Shown piece after piece: positions 31,551 through 41,168 of a stretch of DNA of 64,000 bases. The stretch is from a virus. Position 1 is the stretch's first letter. Every line of letters starts with the position of its first letter. Made by a program: the position numbers and the translations under genes. A model generated the notes under the pieces. That model ran no database searches and was not told where the DNA came from. It worked only from the letters and a program-made list of their open reading frames with translations. The DNA lies in the IMG/VR virus record IMGVR_UViG_3300021959_008125, positions 21,866 through 85,865 of that record. One strand, 5' to 3'.

Positions 31551-32891
31551 ATGACATTAAAGAGTTTACAACAATACGGGAAGGGGTTCCAACTAAAAGT
31601 TTTAGGATCATTACTCACAGATAAAAAGTTCTTACTTAACGTAAGAGACGTTTTACACGATAATTATTTTGATGCTGATTCACATAAGTGGATCATAGGT
31701 CAGATATGTTCTTATTTTGATAAGTACCATACTAATGTTACTATGGACGTTCTTAAAGTAGAGCTTCAAAAACTCGAAAACGAAGTCCTTCAAGTAGCAT
31801 TAAAAGAAGAGTTAAGAAACTCTTATCAAGCCTCTCAAGACGATTTAGAATACGTTCAAGAAGAGTTTACTACTTTCTGTAAGAATCAAGAAATGAAAAA
31901 CGCCATACTTAACTCAGCCGATCTTCTTAAAGAAGGAGATTTCGATGGTATTAGAAACCAGGTCGAAAAAGCAATGAAAGCGGGTATGGATAAAAATATC
32001 GGACATGAATATAATAAAGACGTTGAAACGAGATATCGTACGGATTACCGTCCTACTATTCCTAGTCCTTGGAGCATACTTAATGACGGTATCCAAGGCG
32101 GGTTTGGTCCCGGAGATCTTGCAATTGTGTTTGGTAATCCTGGTGGCGGTAAAAGCTGGACTATGGTTGCTATTGCTGCTCATGCAGTTAAACTTGGATA
32201 CAAAGTCAACTACTATACACTCGAATTGGGAGAGGATTATGTTGGTAAGCGTTTTGATTGCTACTTTACTGGCTATTCTATAGATGAAGTAAATAAACAT
32301 AGAAAAGAAGTACAGACGTACGTCGACAATCTAAAAGGTAAGCTTATAGTAAAAGAATATGCTCCTAAGTCAGCGACGGTAAATACCATAAAGTCACACG
32401 TACAAAAGTGTGTTGACATGGAACATAAACCAGACCTTATTATTATTGACTACGTTGATTATTTAAGAGCACCTTCTAGAGGTAAATCGTTTGAAAGGAA
32501 AGATGAGATTGATGATGTATTTATCGCAACCAAAGGATTAGCTAAAGAATTAAAAATACCTATTTTGACACCATCACAGGTTAATAGAATGGGAGCTAAA
32601 GATTCTGTAATTGAAGGAGATAAGGCAGCCGGATCTTATGATAAGATGATGGTGGCTGATATCTGTCTATCTCTTTCAAGACAGAAAGAAGATAAAGTTT
32701 TAGGTACCGGTAGAGTTCACGTGATGAAAAATCGATATGGTCAAGATGGTATGACTTATAATGTAAAAATGGATACTAATAACGGACATATAGAGTTTTT
32801 AGAAAAAGCAGATGCTAGAGATTTGATACCAGAAGAAGATTCTAAACCTAAATTTAATTTATCTCGCGAACAAATGGAAAAATTATTATAA
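31551..32891 (+). CDS. dnaB: Replicative DNA helicase (DnaB/gp41-like)
   Basis: GNPGGGKS, TLEL, IIDYVD, SQVNR, KNRYG. Confidence 0.93.
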   Translation: MTLKSLQQYGKGFQLKVLGSLLTDKKFLLNVRDVLHDNYFDADSHKWIIGQICSYFDKYHTNVTMDVLKVELQKLENEVLQVALKEELRNSYQASQDDLEYVQEEFTTFCKNQEMKNAILNSADLLKEGDFDGIRNQVEKAMKAGMDKNIGHEYNKDVETRYRTDYRPTIPSPWSILNDGIQGGFGPGDLAIVFGNPGGGKSWTMVAIAAHAVKLGYKVNYYTLELGEDYVGKRFDCYFTGYSIDEVNKHRKEVQTYVDNLKGKLIVKEYAPKSATVNTIKSHVQKCVDMEHKPDLIIIDYVDYLRAPSRGKSFERKDEIDDVFIATKGLAKELKIPILTPSQVNRMGAKDSVIEGDKAAGSYDKMMVADICLSLSRQKEDKVLGTGRVHVMKNRYGQDGMTYNVKMDTNNGHIEFLEKADARDLIPEEDSKPKFNLSREQMEKLL

Positions 32892-32932
32892 AAATATTGC
32901 ATGAAAGTGGAATATATATTATATTTATTAAC

Positions 32933-32965
32933 ACGTCCCCAAGAAAACCTCAAGGGGATGTTTTT
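32933..32965 (+). terminator. Rho-independent terminator
   Basis: ACGTCCCC...GGGGATGT followed by TTTT. Confidence 0.6.
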
Positions 32966-32996
32966 GTCTAATCACCTTACAAATATATAAAGATAT

Positions 32997-33974
32997 ATGA
33001 GTTTACTAGAAGAAAGAGTAGTGTACAAACCTTTTGAATACCCACAAGCATTTGATTACTGGTTAAAACAACAACAAGCTCACTGGTTACATACAGAAGT
33101 ACCGATGGCACAAGATGTTACTGATTGGAAATCTAATATGAAAGATCATGAAAAGAACGTTGTCGGTCAAATTTTAAAAGGGTTTGCACAAACAGAAACT
33201 ATAGTAAACGACTATTGGTCTACACTCGTAACTAAATGGTTCAGAAAACCAGAAGTTATTATGATGGGTACGACTTTAGGGTCTTCAGAAACTATTCATG
33301 CTGAAGCTTATTCATTATTAAACGAGCAATTAGGATTAGACAATTTTGCTGAATTTTTAGAAGATGAAACTACAGCAGCTAAGATAGAGTCATTGATGGC
33401 TGTTAGAGATAATCACGATGGTACACCTAACTGGCATGAAAGAGCTAAGTCACTAGCGATTTTTTCCGCGTTTACAGAAGGTGTGAACCTATTCTCTTCT
33501 TTTGCTGTTTTACTATCTTATAAAATGAGAAACCTACTTAAAGGTGTAGGTCAAATTGTAGAATGGTCTGTAAGAGATGAATCTTTACACTCTGAAGCAG
33601 GCTGTTGGTTATTTAGAACTCTTATGAAAGAGCATCCTGAATTTAAAACTCCAGAACTTATTCAAGAAATTGAAGAAGCAGCTAAGTTAGCTCTTCAATT
33701 AGAATTCGATTTTATCGATAAAGTATTCGAAATGGGAGATTTAGAAAATTTAGGTAAAGAAGAACTTAAAAATTTCATCAGACATAGAGTTAATACTAAA
33801 ATGGCTGACCTTGGGTTAGAACCTATCATCCCAGCTTCTGATATCGATAAAGGTGCATTAAAAACTATGAAATGGTTTGATGCAGTTATCGCAGGTAAAC
33901 AACAAACAGATTTCTTTGCCAATAGAGTGACCAACTATAGCAAAGGACATATGGACTGGTCATCAGCATTTTAA
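32997..33974 (+). CDS. nrdB: Ribonucleotide reductase class I beta subunit
   Basis: YKPFEYP, W...E, ETIHAEAY, EGVNLFSSF, DESLH, DFFA....Y. Confidence 0.97.
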   Translation: MSLLEERVVYKPFEYPQAFDYWLKQQQAHWLHTEVPMAQDVTDWKSNMKDHEKNVVGQILKGFAQTETIVNDYWSTLVTKWFRKPEVIMMGTTLGSSETIHAEAYSLLNEQLGLDNFAEFLEDETTAAKIESLMAVRDNHDGTPNWHERAKSLAIFSAFTEGVNLFSSFAVLLSYKMRNLLKGVGQIVEWSVRDESLHSEAGCWLFRTLMKEHPEFKTPELIQEIEEAAKLALQLEFDFIDKVFEMGDLENLGKEELKNFIRHRVNTKMADLGLEPIIPASDIDKGALKTMKWFDAVIAGKQQTDFFANRVTNYSKGHMDWSSAF

Positions 33975-33981
33975 TTATTTT

Positions 33982-35697
33982 ATGAGTATAGTAGTAGATA
34001 CTTCCAACTGGGAGGCCGGTAAGGATTATCCTGAATGGATGAATGAGGTTTCTCTTGCAACAATATCAAAAGGGTATTTAATGCCCGATGAAACACCTAA
34101 AAAAGCATACCGTAGAGTAGCAGATACTATAGCAAATAGATTAGACCGTCCAGATCTAGCTAATAAATTCTTTCGGTATATGTGGAAAGGTTGGCTAAAT
34201 CTAGCTTCACCAGTTCTATCTAATACAGGAACAGATCGTGGCTTACCTATTTCTTGTTTTGGTATAGATACTCCTGACTCTATTAGAGGAATTGGTCTTA
34301 CAAACGCTGAGTTAATGAGATTAACATCATTAGGAGGTGGTGTAGGCATCGGATTATCTAAAGTCAGAGGTAGAGGTCAAAAAATCGGTAAAGATGACAT
34401 GGGACAATCAGAAGGCATCGTTCCATGGGCTAAAATCTACGATTCAACAATCATAGCAACTAATCAAGGGGCAGTAAGAAGAGGAGCAGCTTCTGTCAAC
34501 TTAGATATAAACCACCCAGACATAGAAGAATTTCTACAGATTAGAAGACCAAAGGGAGATCCTAACAGACAATGTCTAAATCTACACCAGTGTGTTGTAG
34601 TAGACGATGCATTCATGCAAAAGTTAGAGCATAGAGACCCTGAAGCAATGAAATTATGGGTAGAAATATTAAAATCAAGGGTAGAAACAGGTGAACCTTA
34701 CATTATGTTTAAGGATAACGTAAATAACGCTAATCCTCCAGCATACAAAAAGAATAACCTAGATGTTTCAATGACAAATATTTGCTCAGAGATCACTTTA
34801 CACACAGATGAAGAGCATAGCTTTATTTGCTGTCTGTCATCTGTTAACCTTACTAAATGGCATGAATGGCGCAACACAGATCTTATAGAAACCGCAATAT
34901 ATTTTTTAGATGGAGTGTTAGAAGAGTTCTTAGCAAAAACTTCTGGAAGGGAGTCACTGGTAAGAGCCCACAGATCCGCTAAAAAAGGTAGAGCAATCGG
35001 TCTAGGTGTGTTAGGATGGCATACTCTACTGCAGAACGAAAGAATCCCTTTCGCTTCTATTGCAGCTACATCTTTAACACACCAGATCTTCTCTGATATT
35101 AGAAATAAGGCGGAAGCTGCTTCAAGAAAGCTAGCAGATGAATATGGAGAACCTGTATGGTGTAGAGGAACCGGTATGAGAAACAGCCACTTACTTGCTA
35201 TTGCACCAACTGTATCTAACAGTACTATATCAGGAGGAGTATCAGCAGGTATTGAACCTGTTCCTGCTAACGTCTACACGTTTAATTCCGCTAAAGGAAC
35301 GTTTATTAGAAAGAATCAAGCACTTGTAGATTATTTAGAAGAAAGAGGAGCAAATACTGAAGAAGTTTGGGATCAAATTATGAAAGATAGAGGTTCAATT
35401 GCAAATCTACCTGAAGATGTAATGCCGGCAGAAGATAAACCTATCTTTTTAACATTTGCAGAAATAAATCAGCTACAACTTGTAGAACAAGCTGCAGCAA
35501 GACAAAAGTATATAGACCAGACTCAATCACTTAATTTAGCCTTCGATCCAACTGATAGTCCTAAGTTTATTAATGAAGTTCATCAAACAGCTTGGAGATT
35601 AGGAGTTAAAACCTTATATTATTTAAGAACAGATTCAGTAATTAATGGAGATATAGGAAGTAGAACGTCTACTGATTGTTTATCTTGTGATGGGTAA
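33982..35697 (+). CDS. nrdA: Ribonucleotide reductase class I alpha subunit, no ATP cone
   Basis: SPVLSN, ISCF, GGGVG, TNICSEI, APTVS, KTLYY, C-terminal CLSC. Confidence 0.97.
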   Translation: MSIVVDTSNWEAGKDYPEWMNEVSLATISKGYLMPDETPKKAYRRVADTIANRLDRPDLANKFFRYMWKGWLNLASPVLSNTGTDRGLPISCFGIDTPDSIRGIGLTNAELMRLTSLGGGVGIGLSKVRGRGQKIGKDDMGQSEGIVPWAKIYDSTIIATNQGAVRRGAASVNLDINHPDIEEFLQIRRPKGDPNRQCLNLHQCVVVDDAFMQKLEHRDPEAMKLWVEILKSRVETGEPYIMFKDNVNNANPPAYKKNNLDVSMTNICSEITLHTDEEHSFICCLSSVNLTKWHEWRNTDLIETAIYFLDGVLEEFLAKTSGRESLVRAHRSAKKGRAIGLGVLGWHTLLQNERIPFASIAATSLTHQIFSDIRNKAEAASRKLADEYGEPVWCRGTGMRNSHLLAIAPTVSNSTISGGVSAGIEPVPANVYTFNSAKGTFIRKNQALVDYLEERGANTEEVWDQIMKDRGSIANLPEDVMPAEDKPIFLTFAEINQLQLVEQAAARQKYIDQTQSLNLAFDPTDSPKFINEVHQTAWRLGVKTLYYLRTDSVINGDIGSRTSTDCLSCDG

Positions 35698-35709
35698 CTA
35701 TTTATATAT

Positions 35710-36636
35710 ATGCCAAGAAAGTATACATTAACAGCAACATCTTTAGGAGTAGATACAGATATAGTTGATATTTACCATACCTCTGTAACTGCAGGGAATT
35801 TATTAACATCTAGCATCTCAGCTTCAAGTCTGTTGACCGGTGTAGAGTTAATAGTTAATGACAATACTTCATCATTTATTGTAGTTAATTCTAGTACTGC
35901 TTGTTCTGGTTCTTCCGGCAGCGTGGATGAAGGTGTGTATGAACCTAATACAAGATTTTTTGAATTAATTGTTGCCGATACTAACGCAGTGGCAGCCGGG
36001 TCCGGTACAGGTTCTATTTCTATTAGTTCTCCGACATCGGCAGGCCCTTCATCAACTTCCCTTACCCAAACAGTCGATTTTGATGCAGCTTCAACTTTTA
36101 CTACCACTGCAACAGGTAATTCTAATTATGATTTTACTGGGTGGTATACTTCTAGTTTAACATCATCTGGTGCATTAATATCTACTAATGCTACTTTAAA
36201 CATTACTGAAAACGCTTATACTCATAGTTTAAGAGAAGACAGATTTTATGCTGTATTTTCTTACAATCCACCAGCAACTAACTGGAGTGTGACTGGTTCA
36301 CTTACTTCGGGTTTTGTTACTTCTTGGAAAGTTATATACGACTATGGAGGAGTATTTAATGTAGTACATGATTTAGATAGCGGGGGTAATAATTTAGAAG
36401 ATGACAGGATTTCTGGTAATGCTTCAACTGTAGATATTACTGTTTATAAGGTAACTAATGCAGGTGTGGCCCAAGATGCAGGTAATGTAAGCGCTAGAGT
36501 TATTGGAGGTTCAGTACAACAGGATATATTCAACACAAATGATAATATAGGTTCTGGTAATCCCTTTACGTATACTCTTAACATTTCTCCATTCCAACCT
36601 GGTGCACAAGTTGAAGTAATAATAGAAGAAGGATAG
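35710..36636 (+). CDS. Ser/Thr-rich beta-sandwich virion or adhesin-like protein
   Basis: Preceded by TATTTATA; YDFTGWY motif resembling the InlB B-repeat. Confidence 0.6.
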   Translation: MPRKYTLTATSLGVDTDIVDIYHTSVTAGNLLTSSISASSLLTGVELIVNDNTSSFIVVNSSTACSGSSGSVDEGVYEPNTRFFELIVADTNAVAAGSGTGSISISSPTSAGPSSTSLTQTVDFDAASTFTTTATGNSNYDFTGWYTSSLTSSGALISTNATLNITENAYTHSLREDRFYAVFSYNPPATNWSVTGSLTSGFVTSWKVIYDYGGVFNVVHDLDSGGNNLEDDRISGNASTVDITVYKVTNAGVAQDAGNVSARVIGGSVQQDIFNTNDNIGSGNPFTYTLNISPFQPGAQVEVIIEEG

Positions 36637-36683
36637 TTGTTTTTTACGTATAATTTTCTTATATTATATATAAAATAAGTTAT

Positions 36684-36821
36684 ATGTCAAAAAATTCAAG
36701 CAAACAAAATCTTAACCAGTTGATAGAGTGGCTAGCGGCCAATAAAAACGTTAAGAAGGTATACAAAGAAGGAGGAAAAGTAAAATTTAATGCACCTCAC
36801 TTTAACAAAAGAAGAAAATGA
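36684..36821 (+). CDS. Small basic hypothetical protein (45 aa, not in ORF track)
   Basis: MSKNSSKQ...NKRRK; follows a promoter and overlaps the thioredoxin start (ATGA). Confidence 0.55.
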   Translation: MSKNSSKQNLNQLIEWLAANKNVKKVYKEGGKVKFNAPHFNKRRK

Positions 36822-37078
36822 AAAAGTTAATAAAATTTTATGCTGCATGGTGTGCTCCATGTAGAAGTTATGCAAATACCTGGGATGAAGTAACTCCTGA
36901 TTATGCAGATCAAATCGAACTTCATAATATCGATATTGATAAAGATACAACAGGTCTAGCTAATGAATACCAAGTAAGAAGTATTCCTACAACAGTTTTA
37001 GTTAGAGAAGACGGGTCAACTGTTAAAAAAGTAGGAGCTTTATCTAAAGAAGATTTAACCGAACTAATTTTATCATAA
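36818..37078 (+). CDS. trxA: Thioredoxin
   Basis: FYAAWCAPC, VRSIPT. Confidence 0.93.
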   Translation: MKKLIKFYAAWCAPCRSYANTWDEVTPDYADQIELHNIDIDKDTTGLANEYQVRSIPTTVLVREDGSTVKKVGALSKEDLTELILS

Positions 37079-37375
37079 ATGTTACGTAAACCAGATTCAA
37101 TCCCTGCAGGGGATACAATTATCGAAGATCCAGCAATGGAACCATTTTTTATTACTAAATCACAGACAGGTGGATATACTGTTTATGAAAGAGTAACAAA
37201 AGGAGAGAACAATACTAATTATATTAAAACTGTAAGTTACCCTTCAAACTTTGGTGCAGCATTAAAAACTGTATCTTTAGAGCTATTAAATGAAGGAGGA
37301 AAAGTTTATAATATAAAAAGTTATGTAGAACGTTGGGAAGAAATAAAAAATTCCTTAACTTCTGTATTAGAATAG
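37079..37375 (+). CDS. Hypothetical protein
   Basis: 98 aa ORF coupled to thioredoxin. Confidence 0.65.
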   Translation: MLRKPDSIPAGDTIIEDPAMEPFFITKSQTGGYTVYERVTKGENNTNYIKTVSYPSNFGAALKTVSLELLNEGGKVYNIKSYVERWEEIKNSLTSVLE

Positions 37376-37408
37376 CGTTTGCCTATACGCTTAATAATAC
37401 CTGGCAAA
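37374..37408 (+). ncRNA. Putative H-type pseudoknot cis-regulatory element in the queC leader
   Basis: Stem AGCGT/ACGCT; loop TTGCC pairs with downstream GGCAA; promoter-like TTG-N20-TAACTT just upstream. Confidence 0.45.
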
Positions 37409-37427
37409 TTTTATTAATTATTTTATC

Positions 37428-38246
37428 ATGGCAAAAAATGTCGTAGTTAGTCTTTCAGGAGGGATGGACTCCTCTACTCTTTTACTTAGATGTTTATCTG
37501 AGTATGACAATGTAACAGCTTTATCTTTTGATTACGGTCAAAAGCATAGAGTAGAACTTGAAAGAGCACAGTCTTTAGTAGATTATATTAATGAAAATTG
37601 TACTGACGAAAATTGTTTCGGCGGATGCAGAGTTAACTATCAAGTAATTAAGTTAGATGGCTTAGTTAATCTTTTAAACTCTAACCTTGTAGAAGGTGGA
37701 GAAGATGTACCGGAAGGTCATTATGAAGAAGATAACATGAAAGCAACAGTTGTACCTAATAGAAATAAAATCTTTGCTTCTATCACGCAAGCTGTAGCTT
37801 TATCAGCAGCTAATGCTAACGGTTTAGATACCGATATTGCTTTAGGAATTCATGCCGGTGATCATGCTATCTATCCAGACTGTAGACAAGAGTTTAGAGA
37901 TGCAGACGATAATGCATTTAGAATCGGTAACTGGGATGCAGAAAAAGTAGGTTATTTTACTCCTTACTTAGATACTGATAAATTAGGAATTTTAAAAGAT
38001 GGACAAAAATTGGTTAAAGAGTTGGGAATTGAGTTTAATGAAGTTTACAAACGTACTAATACTTCCTATAAGCCTTTTCCTAGCGGGAATAGTGATTATA
38101 AGTCCGCTTCATCTGTTGAGCGAATCGAGGCGTTTATCAACCTCGGTGTGGATGACCCTGTTCAATACGAGGATGAAACTGGACCGGTTGACTATTCAGT
38201 TGCGAAATCTCATGTTGAAAAGCTTTTAGCAGAACACGCAGCATGA
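37428..38246 (+). CDS. queC: 7-cyano-7-deazaguanine (preQ0) synthase
   Basis: SGGMDS, FDYGQKH..E, VPNRN, HAGDHAIYPDCR. Confidence 0.95.
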   Translation: MAKNVVVSLSGGMDSSTLLLRCLSEYDNVTALSFDYGQKHRVELERAQSLVDYINENCTDENCFGGCRVNYQVIKLDGLVNLLNSNLVEGGEDVPEGHYEEDNMKATVVPNRNKIFASITQAVALSAANANGLDTDIALGIHAGDHAIYPDCRQEFRDADDNAFRIGNWDAEKVGYFTPYLDTDKLGILKDGQKLVKELGIEFNEVYKRTNTSYKPFPSGNSDYKSASSVERIEAFINLGVDDPVQYEDETGPVDYSVAKSHVEKLLAEHAA

Positions 38247-38578
38247 AAAAGTTAATTTTATTATTTTCTCTTATGGTAGGTTCTCTTGCTTTCGGGCAAG
38301 AGGATGTACCTTTTGAGGTATACGGAATTTGGCAGAGCGTAGATAATGAGTTTTTACGAGTCTACAGAACAGAAGATGGAAAAGCTGCTTTTCAAAGAGT
38401 AAGCGGTAGATCTATAAAAGCTATGGGAATAATTGAATTTGTTGACGGTGAAATGCATATCACCAGAGGAGATAAAAAAGATGAATATTCTTTAGCTTAT
38501 TTTTTAGGTAATGATAATATGGTAATTGCTAAGCCTAATTCTAACCAAGCATGGTTATGGAGTAAGGTAGGTAGTTAA
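38243..38578 (+). CDS. Secreted hypothetical protein
   Basis: Signal peptide MKKLILLFSLMVGSLAFGQ. Confidence 0.65.
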   Translation: MKKLILLFSLMVGSLAFGQEDVPFEVYGIWQSVDNEFLRVYRTEDGKAAFQRVSGRSIKAMGIIEFVDGEMHITRGDKKDEYSLAYFLGNDNMVIAKPNSNQAWLWSKVGS

Positions 38579-38583
38579 CTACA

Positions 38584-38655
38584 GGCCCCTTCGTCTATCG
38601 GTTAGGACGTTAGGTTTTCATCCTAGAAAGAGGAGTTCGATTCTCCTAGGGGCTA
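38584..38655 (+). tRNA. tRNA-Glu (anticodon TTC), CCA not encoded
   Basis: Acceptor GGCCCCT/AGGGGCT; D arm CGTC..GACG; anticodon arm TTAGG-TTTTCAT-CCTAG; T arm AGGAG-TTCGATT-CTCCT. Confidence 0.95.
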
Positions 38656-38668
38656 CAAATAACTTTCT

Positions 38669-39256
38669 ATGAAAATTCTCTTATTATGTGAACCCAGATC
38701 AGGCTCTACTAGATTAGGGAACTGGTTTGGTTTAAATAATGATTTTGATGTTAGGTATGAATCGGCAGCTTGGGATAGCCCTTGGTGGTACGGTCCTAAA
38801 CCAGAGAATAATATTTTAAGAGACGGGTATAAACATTTAGTACTTAAAGAAGTTTTTTATGGGAGATCTAGTCAAATTAAAACCAATTGGGTCGACTATA
38901 TGGATTATGTAGATAAGACGATATTTCTATACCGTGAAAATGAAGAAGATCAAATCATATCCTGGAATCATGCTCAGGTGACTGGTAACTTCTGCGGTCA
39001 ATATCCTGCGAACACTGTTGAGCTTGTACCGGATAACGTAAATTACTTTAAAAAAATCAAAAAGAATTTTGAAGATTTTAGAGAAGAGCACAAAAATAGA
39101 GCATTGAATATATCTTATGAAGATTTGTATTATAGAAATAAAATTCATATTTTAAAAGAGTACTTAGGATTAGATAAAGAATTGAATTATACGTTTCCTA
39201 TTGGGGTTCGATACCGTTATGAAAAGAAAAAACAAGATCCTAAAAAGTTAATATGA
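38669..39256 (+). CDS. Sulfotransferase (Stf0-like)
   Basis: PRSGST, LYREN...Q..SW, ISYEDL. Confidence 0.8.
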   Translation: MKILLLCEPRSGSTRLGNWFGLNNDFDVRYESAAWDSPWWYGPKPENNILRDGYKHLVLKEVFYGRSSQIKTNWVDYMDYVDKTIFLYRENEEDQIISWNHAQVTGNFCGQYPANTVELVPDNVNYFKKIKKNFEDFREEHKNRALNISYEDLYYRNKIHILKEYLGLDKELNYTFPIGVRYRYEKKKQDPKKLI

Positions 39257-39714
39257 TATACTGGTTTACAGGACAGCCGGCACACGGTAAAACGGTTTTA
39301 GCAAACATGTTAAAACAGCATCTTCCTAATGCTTTTAGGATAGATGGAGATGAGATGAGAGAACTCTTTACTAATAAAGATTACTCTATTAATGGCAGAG
39401 TAGTTAATGTAGGTACAGCTCAAAAGATAGCACACTATCTTCATAATCAAGGAGAAGATGTAATTGTATCTTTAGTTGCACCTTACATAGATCAAAGAGA
39501 AGATTTTAAAAAATTACTTGGTGATAATATAGTAGAGATATATGTACATACATCAGAACCTAGGGAACGAGATCACTTTAGAGCGATAGCTTATGTTGCT
39601 CCTCAGGAAAATTTTATCGATATTGATACTACTGACGATACCCCTGAAGAATCTTTTGAAAAGATAATTGTTGCTATAAATAAAAAATGGAAAAAAAGAA
39701 CACATACTTCGTAG
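39253..39714 (+). CDS. cysC: Adenylyl-sulfate (APS) kinase
   Basis: WFTGQPAHGKT, IDGDEMR, DYS..GR, VSLVAPY...R. Confidence 0.9.
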   Translation: MIYWFTGQPAHGKTVLANMLKQHLPNAFRIDGDEMRELFTNKDYSINGRVVNVGTAQKIAHYLHNQGEDVIVSLVAPYIDQREDFKKLLGDNIVEIYVHTSEPRERDHFRAIAYVAPQENFIDIDTTDDTPEESFEKIIVAINKKWKKRTHTS

Positions 39715-40028
39715 ATATAGACGGGACTATTTTTGTCTATAGAAAATTTGAAACTTATGAGAGTTCCGAAGCTCAAGTTATAAAATCTACAAAACAATTT
39801 CTACAGCAGAAAAAAGATGAAGGCCACTGTATAGTTTTAACTACAGCTAGACCAAATTACCTAAGATTACATACTGAATATGAATTAGAAATAAATAATA
39901 TTCCTTATGACCAATTAGTTATGGGCATAGAAAGAGGACCAAGGTATTTAATTAATGATATGGACCCTAATAATCCCGGAGAACGAGCAATTGCGATAAA
40001 CTTACATAGGGATATAGGAATCAAATGA
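39687..40028 (+). CDS. HAD-family phosphatase
   Basis: DIDGT, TTAR, LIND. Confidence 0.8.
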   Translation: MEKKNTYFVDIDGTIFVYRKFETYESSEAQVIKSTKQFLQQKKDEGHCIVLTTARPNYLRLHTEYELEINNIPYDQLVMGIERGPRYLINDMDPNNPGERAIAINLHRDIGIK

Positions 40029-40759
40029 TTAATATAGGTGTCTGCATCTCAGGAGAGTTTAAGAACTACAACCTTACCAATCAATTATTTCAAACATGGA
40101 ATAGTTTATTTTCAGACGTTAATTTTAAATTTTTTTATTACGCATCAGGAAATTTAACAGATATACCTACAAATATTTCTTGGACGAAAGGCAGCAATAC
40201 AGTTTCTTACGCACATAGTCTACAGGAAGTACATAAATGTAGAGCTTCTTATAAAAATTTTGATATAATTATACAGACTAGACCTGATGTAATAATTTTT
40301 AAATATACTTTAGATTATATTAGAGACTTAGTAGTGAACGGATACGATTCTAACACGTTATTTGTAGGAAAAGGTCTTTATGAAGAAGGAGACGTTAAGT
40401 ATTTGTTAGATGATAATGTAAGTTTCGGTAGTAGTGAAATGATGGATAAGTATTCTAAAATGTATCAATATGGATTTATAGAAAATAAATTTTCTAAAAA
40501 CCAATTAGGACCCCATAGAATAAATGCTGCATGTTTGGACTTTAATGATATTTCTGTTAAAACGACCGGGTTATTTAGTTTCCTTATTAGAGATAAAAAA
40601 CTTTTCAAAAACAATATTACGTTATTAGAAAAAGGATATATAACACCTGAAATTTTAGAAGAAGAATTGAACAACAGCCCTCAAACTTTTTTGACAAAGT
40701 ATAAAAATGTTGGAGAATGGTTGGAGTTTACATTAAATAATTCATATATTACTAAATAA
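40025..40759 (+). CDS. Putative glycosyltransferase-like protein (paralog of 950)
   Basis: NIGVCISGEFK, FDIIIQTRPD. Confidence 0.5.
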   Translation: MINIGVCISGEFKNYNLTNQLFQTWNSLFSDVNFKFFYYASGNLTDIPTNISWTKGSNTVSYAHSLQEVHKCRASYKNFDIIIQTRPDVIIFKYTLDYIRDLVVNGYDSNTLFVGKGLYEEGDVKYLLDDNVSFGSSEMMDKYSKMYQYGFIENKFSKNQLGPHRINAACLDFNDISVKTTGLFSFLIRDKKLFKNNITLLEKGYITPEILEEELNNSPQTFLTKYKNVGEWLEFTLNNSYITK

Positions 40760-40766
40760 AGCTACT

Positions 40767-41168
40767 ATGGCAGAAATAAAAGCAAAGGCAGATAAAGAAA
40801 GTTCATCATCAGAAGTAAAGTATTCATTCTTTGCTGGTAGATGGCAACCACTACACAAAGGACACCTTTGGTTAATCAACGAAAGATTAAAAGAAGGTTA
40901 TAATGTATGGTTAGGAATTAGAGATGTTAAACCTGACGAAAAAAATCCTTGGACTGCTCAGGAAATCTTAGAAATGGTAAAAGAAGGAGAGTTAAAAGAA
41001 CTCATTGAAGCTGGTAAAGTTTTACCTACTATTATTCCAGATATTGAATCTATTAACTACGGTAGAGGAGTTGGTTACGATATAATAGAACATATTCCAC
41101 CTAAAGAAATAGGAGATATATCAGCTACCTCTATTAGAGAACAAATGAAAAAAGATGGTAAGTTATAA
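40767..41168 (+). CDS. HxGH nucleotidyltransferase (cytidylyltransferase-like), candidate minimal ATP sulfurylase
   Basis: GRWQPLHKGH, NP, YGRGVGY, ISATSIR; near cysC. Confidence 0.7.
   Translation: MAEIKAKADKESSSSEVKYSFFAGRWQPLHKGHLWLINERLKEGYNVWLGIRDVKPDEKNPWTAQEILEMVKEGELKELIEAGKVLPTIIPDIESINYGRGVGYDIIEHIPPKEIGDISATSIREQMKKDGKL

Noticed and set aside
32997-35697. Introns or inteins in nrdA, nrdB, helicase or polA
   Set aside because: The ORFs are continuous and of compact length, with no splicing motifs.
37373-37420. Stop-codon readthrough stimulated by the pseudoknot after the TAG of 37079..37375
   Set aside because: Readthrough meets TAA after 13 codons and would not fuse to queC.
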